A stretch of DNA of 64,000 nt from the human T2T-CHM13v2.0 reference genome, Homo sapiens (GCA_009914755.4 CP068257.2:32192001-32256000); one strand, 5' to 3'; counted from the stretch's first letter, positions 41,886 to 57,130 are shown. The notes: generated by a model not told the origin, from the letters alone. Numbers and translations: made by a program.

Positions 41886-44800
41886 TTGCTATTAATATTT
41901 TTAATTTAATTTTCCTGTTGTGTCTCTCCCAAGATTGTGAGTTTCCCTGAGGACAAGGACAGTATCTTGCTTATTTCTGCGTCTCTTGGACTTCAGAGGA
42001 ACTTAATAAATATTTATGGACCACCTTATTGCATATTTTGGCCCCTTTCATACAGGAACAAGGTCTGTTTATTTGCTTTGCTCAATGGGCAACTTGCTGT
42101 GGGGGCTGGCTTCGTTTTCAAAATTCTGCTTCTCATTGGGAAAGGTAGAATAATTGGAGGTGTGGAGATGGGTGAGGTGCACTTTTTACCCTGAATGCTC
42201 TGTAGCCCTTGAAATTTTAATAATCAGCATGTGTTTATGTATTACTTTTGTAATAAAACAAGTTCTTGAAATGATGCTGTTCATACAAATATCAGTTGAG
42301 GGAAGCAAGATGACCTTTTATTGGTAAGGTTTTTTTTTCCCCGTGATTTTCTCCAGGGCCTAGACTCAAAAAATCCTTCCAGAAGGCCATCACATCTCTC
42401 TCCATTTCGTAAATGTGTCTAACTAGGCAACATCTAAGGGACGGCACACAGATTAGGAATTTTATGTGGGCTATAATAGGGGATCATTTGTAACCGCCTG
42501 GAGTCATTTGCAATATTATTTCAGCTGTGTGTGGATTTCAGTTAGTTTTGAGAATCCTTCTGTCACACCAAGATGTTCATGGAAAACCATTTGATGTGTT
42601 TTCTCCTCTCGTTTTTCCCTGGGAAAGGGGGCCAGAAACCATGTTTATCCTAGGACCCAAAAGAGGAAAAGGCCACGTCCCTCCACCCCTAAAGAAAACG
42701 CTTTTATTTGAAATGTCTTTTCCATTTACCCTACTTTGAATAATGGAGTTTTTAAACTCACTTGTTTTTCTAAATATTAAATTTTCAAAGGAAGAATATT
42801 TTTGAGTTCAAAATGCCTATTTCAAATCTTTAATGGTTCTCTTGGTCTGGCATTCACCAGCAAGTTTTAAAGCAGCCTCCCATGGGTCAATTTGATGGCT
42901 AAAAAGATGATTCCAAGCCAACATCATTGGCACATAATGTAAAGAAGACTCTCCCCACAAAACTTTTGCTTTTCATTGTGTTCTGCAGTGGCCATCAGGG
43001 CCATCCCCCTGTCTCCAGGCAGGGTGGTAGGTGGACCTGCGAGAGGTGGAATTTGGTGGGGGCAAGCAGCCCAGACTTGCCCAGCGCTTCCCCTGACCTC
43101 CAAGCTCCATCAGCTCTGACTTGGGCCTTGCAAAGTGTTTGGACCAGAGGCCAACGCTACCTGGAGCAGGAGGCCACGCAGCAGCCCTCCAGCTTGTCCC
43201 CAACTGGCCCCAGGCTCCTGGGATTCTTGGACAAATGGCCCAAATTTACCCTGAACCTTCTGCTGTTGCTCTGGCTCTGAGCTTCTTCACAACCTGCACC
43301 GTGTAAAACTTGAAGACTCAGAAGAGCTTCTGAAATCCAAAGCAAGCCAGGACTTTTCCCCATAGGTCCTTCTTTCCGATTCCTCATCATTCTACGCGTG
43401 TCTGCTGGTCCCTCGCACCTCCATGCTGCAGACTGGAACTCTGGTCGGGTTGTCAGTTTCAAGTAACACTAGTGTTTCTCAACAGGGTGCTCGTCTATTG
43501 GCATTTGGGGTGGGCAGTTCTGTGTCCTGCATGTTGTGGGTCATTTAGCAGCCCTGGCCAGCCTGCCAGATTCTACTATGACAACCAAGAACACACTCTC
43601 AGCCCTGGGACTGGAGTGGGATGCAGTGCAAACCTCAGCCTTTGGGGAGTGGGGACAGTACTGACCTCAACATGGTGGGGAAGAGCACCACCTTCAGCGG
43701 AGGGTGGGGCAGTAGCACCGCCTGCTGAGGACCACCAGTCCCCCAGGTTCTTCGCTATGCCCTGGAGGGCAGGAGTCTCTCCTCTTCTGTCCTGAATCCC
43801 CAGCACCCAGAGTGGTTAGTCCTAGCCTCATAGTAGGACATCAGTAAATATTTGCCCAATGAATGAATAAGATCTATGAACAGTCTTCAAAAGGGCCTGT
43901 GAACCCAATGAAAGTGTGCCCTAAAGGTGTGCATTGTACACATGTATTCGCTGCAGCAAGAACCCATAACTTCCCTCAGATTCTTCAAGGCAACTGTGGG
44001 GCATCCTTAAAGGGACATTCAGAAAACTGGTCCAGCCAGTGGCCACTACGGGCCTGATGTTTCTGTAGCTGCAAACATCACCGCACCGTGTTTGTGCAGT
44101 GACTTTTAGAGCTACCACTCTGTGTCAATATTCTAATCTCCCTGCAGAAGGGACCATCCTGAACGCTCCAGGGACTCTGCTTCCGTGAGAGGGCATCCAA
44201 GTTGCCTAATGCAGGGGCTGCATTCAGCCCTTCAACAAGAAATGGCCTGAGGCCCGGGCCCTTTCACTCACTCACAGGAGAGTGGGGTAAAAAGAGGGCA
44301 GGAACAAGATATGTTTCCCCCCAAACTCGAGTGTTTCTTGGGTGACCTTCCCAATAAAAGTCAAAGAACTCGGAGACATCACTCAGCTTGCCACAAACCC
44401 AAGCTCACACAGCAGCTTGGCTGAACTGAATGAGTGAGCCCCGTGGCCTGCCTCCTTCCTGAGAGTTCATTGTTGGTGCAGCTGTTTTAATAAAAGACAA
44501 TCTATGCCCTGAGGCAGGAAGAACAGTTGGGCCAAACCCGTGGCTGAGCAGAGGGCTCAAGCTCAGACACATCTGCAGACCTGTGCAAAAGTGCGAGCTC
44601 ACCTTGCAGCCCTGGAGAATTCTGCTTGACCTCAGGGCAGGGGACTCTGAGTGAGGTCGAGGGTGTTGATATAATGATGACTCATTTCTGCTGCTTTCCC
44701 AGCATTCTCCTGCTGGTCTTGGGTTGTTCCTGTCCCAGCAAGAGAAGCTACAGCATCCAGAAAGGACAATTGGCCCAGAGAACGGACAAAACCAAGGGCT

Positions 44801-45834
44801 GGAAGCACCACAACCCGAGAGTTAACCTCTAAAGCAGCAAAGCATTTGCCAAGAAATCTCTGATATCATTTGGCCCAGAGGGATCATACAATTTGCAGAA
44901 GCTTTCAGCATATAGGCTAGATCAGTCATGACCCCAGATAACTCCCTTGAGAGAAGATGGAAACTCGAGGAACCCCTGCTAGGCCAGAGCAGGCTTCTTG
45001 AACATTAGTGCGCCAAAAAACAATCCTCTGGAGAGCTTGTTACATCACAGATACCCAGCCCCCAACTCCAGAGTCACTTCAGCCGGGGCATCTCTAGCAA
45101 GCTCCTAGGTGACGCTGATGCTGCCAGCCTGGGGACCACGCTTTGACAACCACTGGTCCCCAGCAGGGGGTTTTGCACTGTGCTCCATTGTGCCCCCTTG
45201 AGGGGAACAGAAGGGATGGGAAGAACAAGTAAAGGGGATTCAGCCCGGACTCTCCCACCTACATTCGGGACACCTCTGGGTCTGTCTTCCAAGTCTGGCT
45301 TCTGTGATTAAATAAAGAACCTCTGATAAAAAAGAGAGGTGGGTCCAGGCCTGCACATGGGATGCTCCCAAGAACCAAGCCTCCCTCCTGCTCATTCCAG
45401 TGTGTCTGGGGCAGGAGGCTCAAATGTTCAAACAAAACCCCAAATAACAAGCTAAGTGGGCAGAGTCATGAGTGAGCCCCACTTCCAGTGCAGGCACCAT
45501 CTCAGGGCAGTGGAGTGGCCCTTCCCGTCGGGCAGCCTTGGCCTCCATGATGGTCTTGTGCCAGGCTCTCTGCAGTGGGAAGGACTACCCTCTCTGTGGC
45601 AAGCATGCTGCTCAGCTGCCCCAGGGGCCAGGCAGCAGCCTTGTCCAGGAGAGTGTGCCCAGTGCTGTCTGGAGGCACCCTGCATCTGCCTGGTCCCCAG
45701 GACCATCAGAGCCTCAGCACAGCCACCTCATCCTCCACAAACCAACCTCGACATGGATAACCCATGGCCTCCTGGAGCTCGGGGATAGAGCACAGCCTCT
45801 GCAGCCCAAGTCTCAGGGTTTGGCTCTTGCCTTC

Positions 45835-45950
45835 ACCACTTCCAAGCTGAGAGACCTGGGGCCAGTCAACCTGTGTAAACCTCGGTGTCCTCGTCTGTGA
45901 AATGGGGATAATTCTAGTATAATACTTGAGCATTAAATGCAGTTCACCAC
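45835..45950 (+). mobile_element. MIR SINE fragment
   Basis: The stretch …gacctggggccagtcaacctgtgtaaacctcggtgtcctcgtctgtgaaatggggataattctagta…. Confidence 0.6.
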
Positions 45951-46531
45951 CTGACATGGTGTGAGCCCTCCAGAGTTTTGGCCAATCGTCATTAAGTGTT
46001 TTGTTTTCACATTATTTTCGTGTTTCTGATGAAGCAGGAGTGTGCCGCCTGTATCAGTTTCTAGGGTGCCCTAACAAACGACCACAAACGGGGGGACTTA
46101 AAACAATAAGAATTTATTGCCATACATTCCTGGAGGCCGGAAGTCTAAAATGGAAGATGCTGGCAGGTGCCAGCCTCACTCTGAGGGCTCGGGGTGTGTC
46201 TTGGTTTGGAAACACATCACTCCAGGTTCTGCCTGTCTGTCTCTGTCTTCTTCTCATAAGGACACTGATCATATAGGGTCAGGACCCAACCCTGAGTATG
46301 ACTTTATCTTAATTTGATTATATATGAAAAGACTATTTCCAAATAAGGTAACGTTCACAGGTACCAGGGGGTAGGGCTTCCACATATTACTGGGGAGGAC
46401 ACATTTCAGCCCATGACCCCACTGGACTGGAGCAAGCCCTCAGGGCCCAGCAGCCACGAGGATCTTCCGTGTGAAGTTGTGTGGGCTTCCCCAGACTGTG
46501 CTAAGTTCTCCCAAATGGTTGTGTTTTCCAG

Positions 46532-46653
46532 GGTGTTCAGACTTACATCTCTTGGATATGTTGACCCCAACTGAAAGAAAGCGACAAGGATACATCCACG
46601 AGCTCATTGTCACCGAGGAGAACTATGTGAATGACCTGCAGCTGGTCACAGAG
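46532..46653 (+). CDS. ITSN1: ITSN1 coding exon: start of the DH/RhoGEF domain ([41 protein letters not shown])
   Basis: Acceptor tgttttccag| at 46529-46531 and donor GAG|gtaagg at 46654. It joins in frame to the SH3E exon. Confidence 0.9.
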
Positions 46654-48481
46654 GTAAGGGAGCTGGTGGGGCAGGGGGCACGGCAGGGGGCGATGACGGA
46701 GGGAGAGGGGAGGGTTCCGTCAAGGAGGTCTATGTCCTGATTCTGAGCCCAAGAAACTTTCTGATGTTTGAGGAGCATCTGGATGGCAAATGCTATAGGA
46801 GATTGCGACCGCAGAGACGGTTCGTTGCTTATCCATGGCCAACATTGAGTCATTCCCACAGAGGGACAGAGATCACTTAGCCAAGGGCAAGTGAGTCCCT
46901 GAGCAGTTGATGGATGGAGTCATGTGAACTGAGAGTCTGGAGTCCACGCTCTACTCAGAGCAGCTGCAGCTCAGCCACCAACCAGGAGGTGCCATGGAGC
47001 CAGCCACGCCGCCCTCCTGGCCCGCAGTGTTGGCATCTGGAAATGGGGGGCCATCTGGCCGCTGTCTCGAGTCATTCCTGCCATATGTTACCCTGAGACA
47101 AACCTGTCACTGAGAATGGCAACGTTTCCTCCCAGGCCCCCACAAAAGCCCCTGACCTGAGTGATGCCTCCTCATCTTGTCAGTCCTCCCAGAAGGGCCC
47201 TGGCCACCTCATCCAGAACTATGGGGAGATGCGGAGCCCGGCGCTCCTGCTGCTCAGCAGGCCTTTTGTCCACGTCCATGGGAAGATGCCATATTGGGAG
47301 ACAGGGATTTGCAGAGATGGACCTGCAGTTTGGAGAGTGCTGTGGTAGTCTGGCAACCACCACACCAAACGGGTGTGAAACCATCTTGTCTGATAGTCTT
47401 AACATCCAGGAAAGACGCAGCAGGGCTCGCCGCTGTTGGAGGAGTACAGGGTGGGTTGTTAGCTGCAGGACCACCATTAATACTTAGGAAGCATTGATGC
47501 AAACTCAAAAAGGTGCCCCTTTCTCAAGGTGTTTGACTGTTATTAAATATGCAGTTCAGGATGTCCAGGGTGCAAGTGTCACTCCTTAGATATGGCTCCT
47601 TTTTGCACTCTGCAAAACGCACCACCATATGTGGTTGCCCTGGTACATGCCGGGTTCAACGTCGGCTTAAGGACTCCTGTGGAATAGGACTCCCAGGGAG
47701 CAGCCGCAGCCCAGCCAAGTTTATGTCGAAGATGGGCTGTCCCCTTCCCTAAAGAGCCTTCAGAAGCGCCTCCTGTGGGAGAAAATGACCTCCTTGCAGG
47801 CGGGGGCTTGCAAGTGGAACACGGGGTTCCACTGAGATCTGTGATTTACTGAGAGTTGCTCAACCACACAGAGCTTGGAGGGGCTCATTCATTTTCCAGA
47901 GCCCAGGAGAAGGGCAGCACTCACCCCCTTGTAGCGGGCCTGCAAGTGCTGGGTCTGTCCAGGGTCAGCCCAGGAGGCTGAGGACACAGCGATGGAGTCA
48001 GTCACCGAGGTGGCCACTGGCTTATTAGAGGAGCTGCCGCCTGGGCTGCTCCTCTCAGAAGGCCCTCGGTTTACCTATGCAGATGAAGGGACTGTCCACA
48101 GCCACCGGCACCTTTAAGCCCCGCTTTTCACACCGGTCCAGCCCCTCCCAGTGCGCAGGTGAGACCGCTTAGCCTGCGTGCATGACTTGGTACCGGCCTC
48201 CCTGCTTTTCTGGTGGAGTTAAGACCTGTCTCCTGGAGACTTCAGCTGCCCTCCTTCCCCTGTAAAACAATACAGGCCCTGCTGGGGACCCCCCTCCGGT
48301 TTCCAGGGCAGAGGAGGGGCTCTCTGCTTCAGAAACTGCAGGAAAGCAGGCGTTCACCTCTGGGCCTCTCAGCCAAGGTACAGACACCTGAGCCCTTTCC
48401 CTGCTCTCAGCGCATCGGCGTGTGAGTGTGTGAGTTTTAAGCTAACTGCTTTCTGAACTGCTTCGTTTTCTGCATCTGTAG

Positions 48482-48588
48482 ATTTTTCAAAAACCCCTGA
48501 TGGAGTCTGAGCTGCTGACAGAAAAAGAGGTTGCTATGATTTTTGTGAACTGGAAGGAGCTGATTATGTGTAATATCAAACTACTAAA
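48482..48588 (+). CDS. ITSN1: ITSN1 coding exon: DH domain ([36 protein letters not shown])
   Basis: Donor CTACTAAA|gtaagc at 48589. The reading frame requires the exon to begin at 48482. The only upstream AG is at 48479-48480, which leaves one unexplained G at 48481 (see findings). Confidence 0.7.
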
Positions 48589-49099
48589 GTAAGCCTCTCC
48601 TCTAATCCCCAGCCTGGCTTGGCCTCCTCGGCTCTCATGCACTCGCACCTCTGTGGGTCTGTGTGTCCTTCTTGCATGCTGCCCTGTGCTTCTTTCTGGC
48701 TTTTTTTTTTTCTTCTCATTGCCACTCACAAACACCATCACCCTTTTGTGCCTTCATGCTTTCTGGAAACGCACTCCGAATCTCTCATTGCAAGAGTAGG
48801 TTTCCTGGGCACCCCAGAGCCTGCTGTTGGGTGAATTACTGTGGTTGTGAATTTCCAGGGCTAGGGCGACGCTGGCTCCTGATGGTGCTGGCTCCATGCT
48901 GGGGCGTGGGGCTGCCCCCTCTACGCTTTCCCTAGGACGCGGGATCCCATGGGGGATTATTGGTCTTTTGAGGCATTCTTGGCCCTGCAGATGGAAAAAT
49001 GTGGAACTGTTCACTGCCTAACGTCAGCAGTTCCTCAGGATCACTCCGGGAAGCTGGCCCTAGGCTGGTCGTATTTTCTTCCAACTTTAGTTTGCAGAG

Positions 49100-49228
49100 G
49101 CAGCTCCAGGGCCAGGAGTCAAGAGACCTGGGTTTGGATTCTGACTTACTCACTGCCTTTCCTTTTTGAGCCTTAGTTTCCCCATCTGTAAAATGAAAGG
49201 GTTGGATTCGATCATCACAAAGTCTCTT
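49100..49228 (+). mobile_element. MIR SINE fragment
   Basis: The stretch …cctgggtttggattctgacttactcactgcctttcctttttgagccttagtttccccatctgtaaaatgaaagggttggat…. Confidence 0.65.
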
Positions 49229-49811
49229 CCAATTCTTAGAAAAAAAAAAAAGTCAAAAACCAAAATCTGTATCCACCACGCTCTCATTGTAACATCACTT
49301 GCTAGAACACAGATTAAGTCACAGCCTGCAGGGCGCGTGATATTCCCTGCTGGGAGGAAGGGCCACCCACTTCCTGGGCCCGAGGATGGAGGGCAGGCTC
49401 CCAGAGCCTTGCGTCCATTCCTGATCTTCATCCGTGTCATTGGGAAGTCCCCATTTCCTAAATGTGGTCTCTGCATTGTTCTTATAAGGTAATTTCAGGT
49501 CCCCACTTTCCTGAGCGTGTGTTTGGGAGTGGATGGAGGGATGGAGAGGAGGTGTGGAGAGGTGGACATGAAGAAAGATACATAATGTCTGCTGGCTTGG
49601 TGCTCTAGAAGACGAATGATCCAAGGTGACATCAGGCAGGCTTTTAGAGAAGGTCTGGACTCCGTTGCCCGCGCCCCCTGCCACCCGATGCCATGGAAGC
49701 CTTTCGAACTTAGGTCTGGTGTCACACCCTTGGGCTCACATCCGCTATTGCCTCTGGCTGTGTGTCTTCTGGCAGGTCACTTTGGTCCCTGGGCCTCAGT
49801 GTTCTCGTCTA

Positions 49812-50140
<329 letters not shown>

Positions 50141-51461
50141 ATACCTGTAAGTTAAAACCTTTTTCCTTGGGCAGCTATCAGTGGGGGCTGGGGGAGGCGG
50201 GAGATGTTTCTGAGCTTCCCAAGTAGCCCTTAGAGAGGGCTTCCCCCACTTCAGGGTTGGCCTGAGGGAAACTGGTGCTGGCCTCAGCTCCCCATACCTC
50301 TCTGTTGTCTTTTAACCCCCATCTGGGAAGAAGCAGCCTCTTTCTTGAGCTGTGTGGGGGGCCAGGCCTGCGTGCTTCTTCCTCCTGTCGGCTCTGACTT
50401 GCTCCACAGTTGTGGAGGTGGGAACTGACAGCCCTGTTACGGCTGAAGCAGCGAAGCTCAGAGAGGCTGAGTGACTTCCCTAAAGTCACACAGTAGGGTG
50501 GCTGCTCTGTGGATGATGCCTAGGTCCCGGAATAGAGACTCCGCCCAGTCCTGCCCCCGTGGAAAAAAACATGGGCCCAGAAGTCAGACATCCCAAGTTT
50601 TTGTCTGGGCTCCGGCCCCTTCTAACTAGTTTTGGGCATTAAGGTGGCAGTCATGGTGCTTGTCCTGCCTACCATGCACGGTCATTCTGAGAGCAAGGGA
50701 ATCAGGTGTCCCAGGGGCACGCCGTCCATCAGGGGGCTGATGTGTACAGGGGCTGCTGGCTTCCCTCCATCCCAAGGTTCTCTATCCCCGTTCCTCTGAT
50801 TCCCGGATTAGCTTGTTTGGACTAACTGGCTCATGTCTTCATCCTCCAGATAAAATCTTATGTTGAACCGTAGCCTTCTGGGGACCTGATTTCTTTTTCT
50901 TCTTTTCTGCATTTTACTAGAAAAAATCTCAAACATACAGAAAATTTGAAAGAATTGTAGAGTGAACACCCACATCATAAACTGGACAAAAAACATTGTG
51001 CTGTATTTGCGTGGCTGCATAGACATAATTTCTTCATGCCAAGGAATAACTGTGATGAGGGGAGATCGAGGGCTCCTAGCAGCCGAGAGAGGGAGGCATT
51101 TGAGGATAAGAAGTTAAGGCAGCAATCCCTGGAGTGCCACCAGTGAGCGGCCATATGTCTGCTACTCCTGATCCTACAGTCCTTGTATTTGGGGGGTGGG
51201 GCAGGGGGTAGGGCAGTTATCAAACAAGTCAACAATAAATAAATAACATGAAAATAAAAAGGGCTAACTGGAACACATGGACTTCCTACTAATGATGCCT
51301 CATTGAGGGTTAGAGCAAATGGCTGGCTCTCTTGCGAGGAAGCTGAGACCTGAGAAATGTGCCTTTCATAGACAAGGTAGGGCCAGACAGGTCTAGAACC
51401 TTTTTATATCCAGAGCCTGGAGCAGGACCCTCAGGACAGCTGTCAGAAATGATGGCAGAAG

Positions 51462-51985
<524 letters not shown>

Positions 51986-52229
51986 AATGATAGCAGAAGG
52001 GAAGCAGAAGTGAGGTGGGGTGACCAACCCAGGTTTGGGGAACTGTTTTTTATCAAGAGGCTTTCCTGTCCCCTTGATGGAAAAAGAAAAGAAAAAAAAA
52101 ATAAGAGCTTGTCCCAAAACAGTGTTTTTCTTAAATATCTGACTCATCTTCTTTTTAACTTAAGAAGAATGGATTCCATTTTATCTTGTTTAAGCAGAAA
52201 ATGAAGGAAAAATAAAAAATAAAAATCAG

Positions 52230-52420
52230 TTTGGGGTAATGACAGATGGTGAGAAAGAAGAAGAAAAGGATGTGGGGTTGGGAGAAGGAGAAGAGGGAAG
52301 GAGAGAGGGCATGGAGCAGATGGTGGGAAGTCCAGCAGGGCGGGAAGTGCAGAGGCTGAGGCTGGGACCAGCAGGGAAAGGCTTGAGGGCGAGATGGCGG
52401 GAGCAGGGCAGCCGCGTCTG
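52230..52420. repeat. Purine (GA)-rich low-complexity tract
   Basis: The sequence is …gaaagaagaagaaaaggatgtggggttgggagaaggagaagagggaaggagagaggg…. Confidence 0.7.
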
Positions 52421-52494
52421 GGAAGATGGGCAGGTGCCCAGAGCAGCTTGGAGGCAGTCGTGGCGGGAGGTGGGTTGGGGCCTCTGAGGCTGTG

Positions 52495-52690
52495 GTCCCA
52501 ACCATGGGCTCTGGAGTCAGACCTGGGTTCCAGGGTTACCTCTGTCACCTATTAGCTCTGAGACTTGGGTCAAGTCACTGAATTTCTGCATGCCTGAGTT
52601 TCCCCAATAGGAAATGGGGATAATAATATATGTAAAACTCTGTTTGACACATAGGAAGCATTAATAAATGCTAGTTCCATGACTGTCCAC
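52495..52690 (+). mobile_element. MIR SINE fragment
   Basis: The stretch …gacctgggttccagggttacctctgtcacctattagctctgagacttgggtcaagtcactgaatttctgcatgcctgagtttccccaataggaaatggggataataat…gcattaataaatgc. Confidence 0.7.
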
Positions 52691-53015
52691 TTGGTCTGCA
52701 GACTTCAGAGGGTTACAGACACTCATGTGTTCAGCAATCATTGAGCGCTCTTTGAAACATTTGTTAGCCAGTTAATTGCCTTTTGCAGTTCAAGTCCTCT
52801 CATCTGTAAACCTTTCTAGGAGACTGCCGATCAGCTCACCGCAAGCAGAGTACTCTTAGGGCTGTGGCTGCAGCAGCCGAGTCACATGATCCCTGGGCCT
52901 GGTAACACCTTGCGGTCTTCATAAGTCTTTGCCTATACAGTAGACCATCCTGGACGAAGACCCATGACTGAATCTAATAGGTGCCTAGTCCATAGTAAAT
53001 CAGGCTTTAATTTTA

Positions 53016-53483
<468 letters not shown>

Positions 53484-54949
53484 TTAAAAAAACTACTCCT
53501 CATAGGAAAATGATGGAATGATGGAATTTCTTCCTGTTTCCATTCATTGCAAGTTTATAACGTGGCTATCCAGGGCTCTCATCCCCCCAAATTATTGGTG
53601 TCATCACCCTTGAGCACATTTTTGCTCGTTGTGGTATTTCACACCAACCCCTCAATGGGGCAGTGGCCTTTGGGCCATCCTGAGGACACCAAGCTGCCAC
53701 TGCTCCCCACACCCCAGAGGCAGCCAGTGCTGATCTCCCCATGAGGGCATCCACTTCAGGTGGAATCGCTGACTGCTCACACCACATCATTTATGGTCCC
53801 TAAGTTTTTCTCCTTGGCTTGCCCGGTCCAAGGGACTTTATTTTAGCCAAAAATGTGGGAGAAAGAAAAGAAAGTGATCTGAAGTTTTTAAAGCCTAATA
53901 TAAATATTGCAGAGCTTCCTTGGAATTCAATAGCCCGCCCCGTACCTCAAAGGCTTCTCCAGCATGACCATGAAAGCAGCCAAAGGCATTCAATAGGGAC
54001 ATCCTCCCAGCCTTGTGTTAAAGTCATAGGTTATACCATTTTGTTCCATCTACCCATCCATCCACCCATGATCACTAACTAGGATAGCTGAACACACCCA
54101 TGGCTTCATGTTGTGGTCCTGCCATGTAGTACCTTGCTGTCCTTACCGTGTATAAGCTCAGTGCCATGCCCTTCTTCCAGATGCTGGTGTTAAGGGTTCA
54201 CATGTTGAAGTTGGGAGAGGGGAAGCACAGTCCTAGTTACCATAGCTCTGAGCACTCACACTGCAGGCAGACCCCAGAACACACACTTCCCAGTCCCATC
54301 AACACCTCTCCTGAATTCCAGGATATACATTTTTTGGGTTCATTGGCCCATTATCATAGTAATAGACCTCTTTTCCGAACTCCTCTTAATTTAGTTAACT
54401 CAGCTCTAGCAATGAAGCAGCGAATCACAGAGATAGTTCAAACAGTCATTTATACCTGGCTTTTGCTGAATCTCATGGGATTATTTTGCCAAGGCATTTG
54501 TTTTGCCATCTTAATTATGTTCTTTTTAGCCAAAAATCATCCTTCCCCATCCTCTGGCAATAGCAACTTCCCTTGGGCAGAAGTGTCTCCTGGAAATAGG
54601 ATCAGTGCTCAGGCCACATCAACCTGGGGCTTTCACCACCGATAATCTGTGTAGTGAGGCATCGACACAGGGGACCCATTTGAGTTGTTCAAGAAAAAAA
54701 CTCCATATTTCTGCACAAGAAAAACAAATTGTAACAAACAGCCACTCTGCCAAAGAAAAATGCTCTGGTGCTACCTCTCTGTAGCCCTAGACTCATTTCT
54801 TTCTCCATTCCTTGTCTCCCAAATAGATCCTTTAGTGGCCCTTGAGGCTGTGCCCCTCACACACATTCTGTTTCTGTGCAACCTAAGTGTGCTGTGGTGC
54901 TGTCAGATAGCGTGAAAGCAGGGGGCTCACCTCCCGTGTTTCCGTGCAG

Positions 54950-55133
54950 AGCGCTGAGAGTCCGCAAGAAGATGTCCGGGGAGAAGATGCCTGTGAAGAT
55001 GATTGGAGACATCCTGAGCGCACAGCTGCCGCACATGCAGCCCTACATCCGCTTCTGCAGCCGCCAGCTCAACGGGGCTGCCCTGATCCAGCAGAAGACG
55101 GACGAGGCCCCAGACTTCAAGGAGTTCGTCAAA
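54950..55133 (+). CDS. ITSN1: ITSN1 coding exon: DH domain ([61 protein letters not shown])
   Basis: Acceptor gtttccgtgcag| at 54947-54949 and donor AAA|gtaagg at 55134. It joins in frame (AA+A = Lys). Confidence 0.9.
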
Positions 55134-57031
55134 GTAAGGAGCCAGGCTGTGCAGAGACTGGGCCCCAGAGTGGCGATCTTTGGGCAGCTGGATGTGTGAG
55201 GGGCTAATTCAAAAGTCTGCAAGAGTGTTCCCACTAGAGGCCAACAGGGCCTAGGGTCTTGGCTAAGCCTTAGGGGACTGGCACTCACTGGCAAGTGTGG
55301 CTGTCACCAAAGGGGTGGGCTTGGAGAGGAGGGGTGAGCCCTGGGCTTGGAAGCTTTGAAAGTGTCTTTAGGGATCTGTTTTCCAGATGCTATTGGTGTT
55401 ATTTGGATGCATGTTTAAATCTTTCATTTCATTTGCAAGGCCCAGGCAGGTCTTAGATTTCCTCTTGTGTTTAATCGCCACATCCTCAGTTCTTTGCTGG
55501 TCTCTGCCCTTCACTTGCAGAGGGAATGGCCAGGACTCCCAGTGGCCCCTTCATTCCTTTCGCAGTTGGTTCTGCTTGATGTGCTCCCGCCTTAGACAGC
55601 CTGTGGGAGTCAGTGTGGGATGCCAGGACCTCTTCCTTGGAGGTAGCAGGGATCTGGAGAGTTGGGAGTCCACCAGGGGATGTTTGGGGAGGTAATGCGG
55701 ATACTGCTGGAAGACCTGCAGCTCTGGGACTTGGCCTTGGCCAGTGTGGGTCTCTGCTGGCCGTGCTGGGCCATTCAAACAGCCCCCACATCTCCTGGAG
55801 AAAAAAAGGAGGAAGAGAATAAAATAGCTTCTGTGAAACAGGTATCTTTTGATGAATAAACAACAAAATAATAATAACAGGCATATCTTTGGATCTCATG
55901 CATTTTGGAGACAGGCCATCCTCACCTGTCCTAGAGTGGTGCTTGTGGAATCACTGTGGTGAGGCACAAGCGCAGCCTCTTCTTGGTCAGAGCCTCATGT
56001 GAGCTTGTTGTTTCTGCCTCTCATGGTGTTTCTCAGCCTAGACTTGCCAGCCAAGGCATGGGGCACTCTGAGGTCATTCCAAGGGGAGAAAGATTGCTAA
56101 GAAGGAGGCCTTGGGTGGATGGAGACGAGAGAGCAGATGCTGAGCTGCTGGGCGCCATGGACCACCTAGGGTTTCAGCCAAGGGCTGGGCTCTTCCTAGG
56201 CCCGAGCAAGATGAGTTCATTGTTGGATGCACTTGAACTTCAGGAAAGTGCTGACACCAGCCCAGAGCAGGGGCCTCATTGTCCCTCCCCGCCCCTCTCC
56301 TCTTCACCTCTCCCCACCTCCTCTCAGTGGGAATGTGGCACGTCGTTGCCAGCTGCGAGGTGTTCCTGGAATGATGGTGTCCACAGCTGGAGCAGGTCCC
56401 GGTCCCTGGAGACAGTTATCAGGTCTCAGGGCTCCAGTCAATGCAGCTGCCCGTTTCTAAGGCATTAAACCAGACCACAGCCTTTGACAGCTAAGTGGCC
56501 AGACCCTGAAACTGGAGTCTTGACCCCCGTTGTCTGAGCTCCTCTTTCTCAGCCCTGCCTGGAGTTCCCAGAGGCACGTGCGGGCTCCACTCAAAACTAG
56601 ACAATGAGATTTAGCCCTTCCAGCAGTTCTGGGGTGTAAGGGGAATTTTTCCTCTAACCGTATAGTCTTGTGACTCTTGTTCCTGGGAATGTTATAAAGT
56701 TTCTGCAGACATCCAGACGAAATATTCTGTGTAAAGCCAGAATCTCATCTCTGTGCATAAGGAACCATGCATGCCATGGAGGGTATGCTGAATCCAGAGT
56801 GCAGGGCTTAACCCTGCTGGCTGAGTCACATCTGTGGGTCTCCATTCTCCATCTGGAAAGTGTGTCATCCTGGACAGGGTAACTAGTCAGGCCCTTCCAT
56901 CCCCAGGTCTCTCAGTTGTCATCCAGATAAATGAGATAATGGGTGGAGAGTCCTCACTGACATTAGTATTGATGTCACTAACTTTGGATTTTGCAAGTTT
57001 CTTAAGTACATTTAAAAACATCTCATTTCAG

Positions 57032-57130
57032 AGATTGGCAATGGATCCTCGGTGTAAAGGGATGCCACTCTCTAGTTTTATACTGAAGCCTATGCAACGG
57101 GTAACAAGATACCCACTGATCATTAAAAAT
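57032..57130 (+). CDS. ITSN1: ITSN1 coding exon: DH domain ([33 protein letters not shown])
   Basis: Acceptor ctcatttcag| at 57029-57031 and donor AAT|gtaagt at 57131. It has the conserved DH motif [12 protein letters not shown]. The next coding exon was not found before the window end. Confidence 0.9.

Noticed and set aside
54148-54645. A 165-aa + strand ORF just upstream of the DH exon at 54950
   Set aside because: The composition and sequence look random (MYKLSAMPFFQMLVLRVHML…). The frame is not continuous with neighbouring ITSN1 exons. It is an intronic chance ORF.
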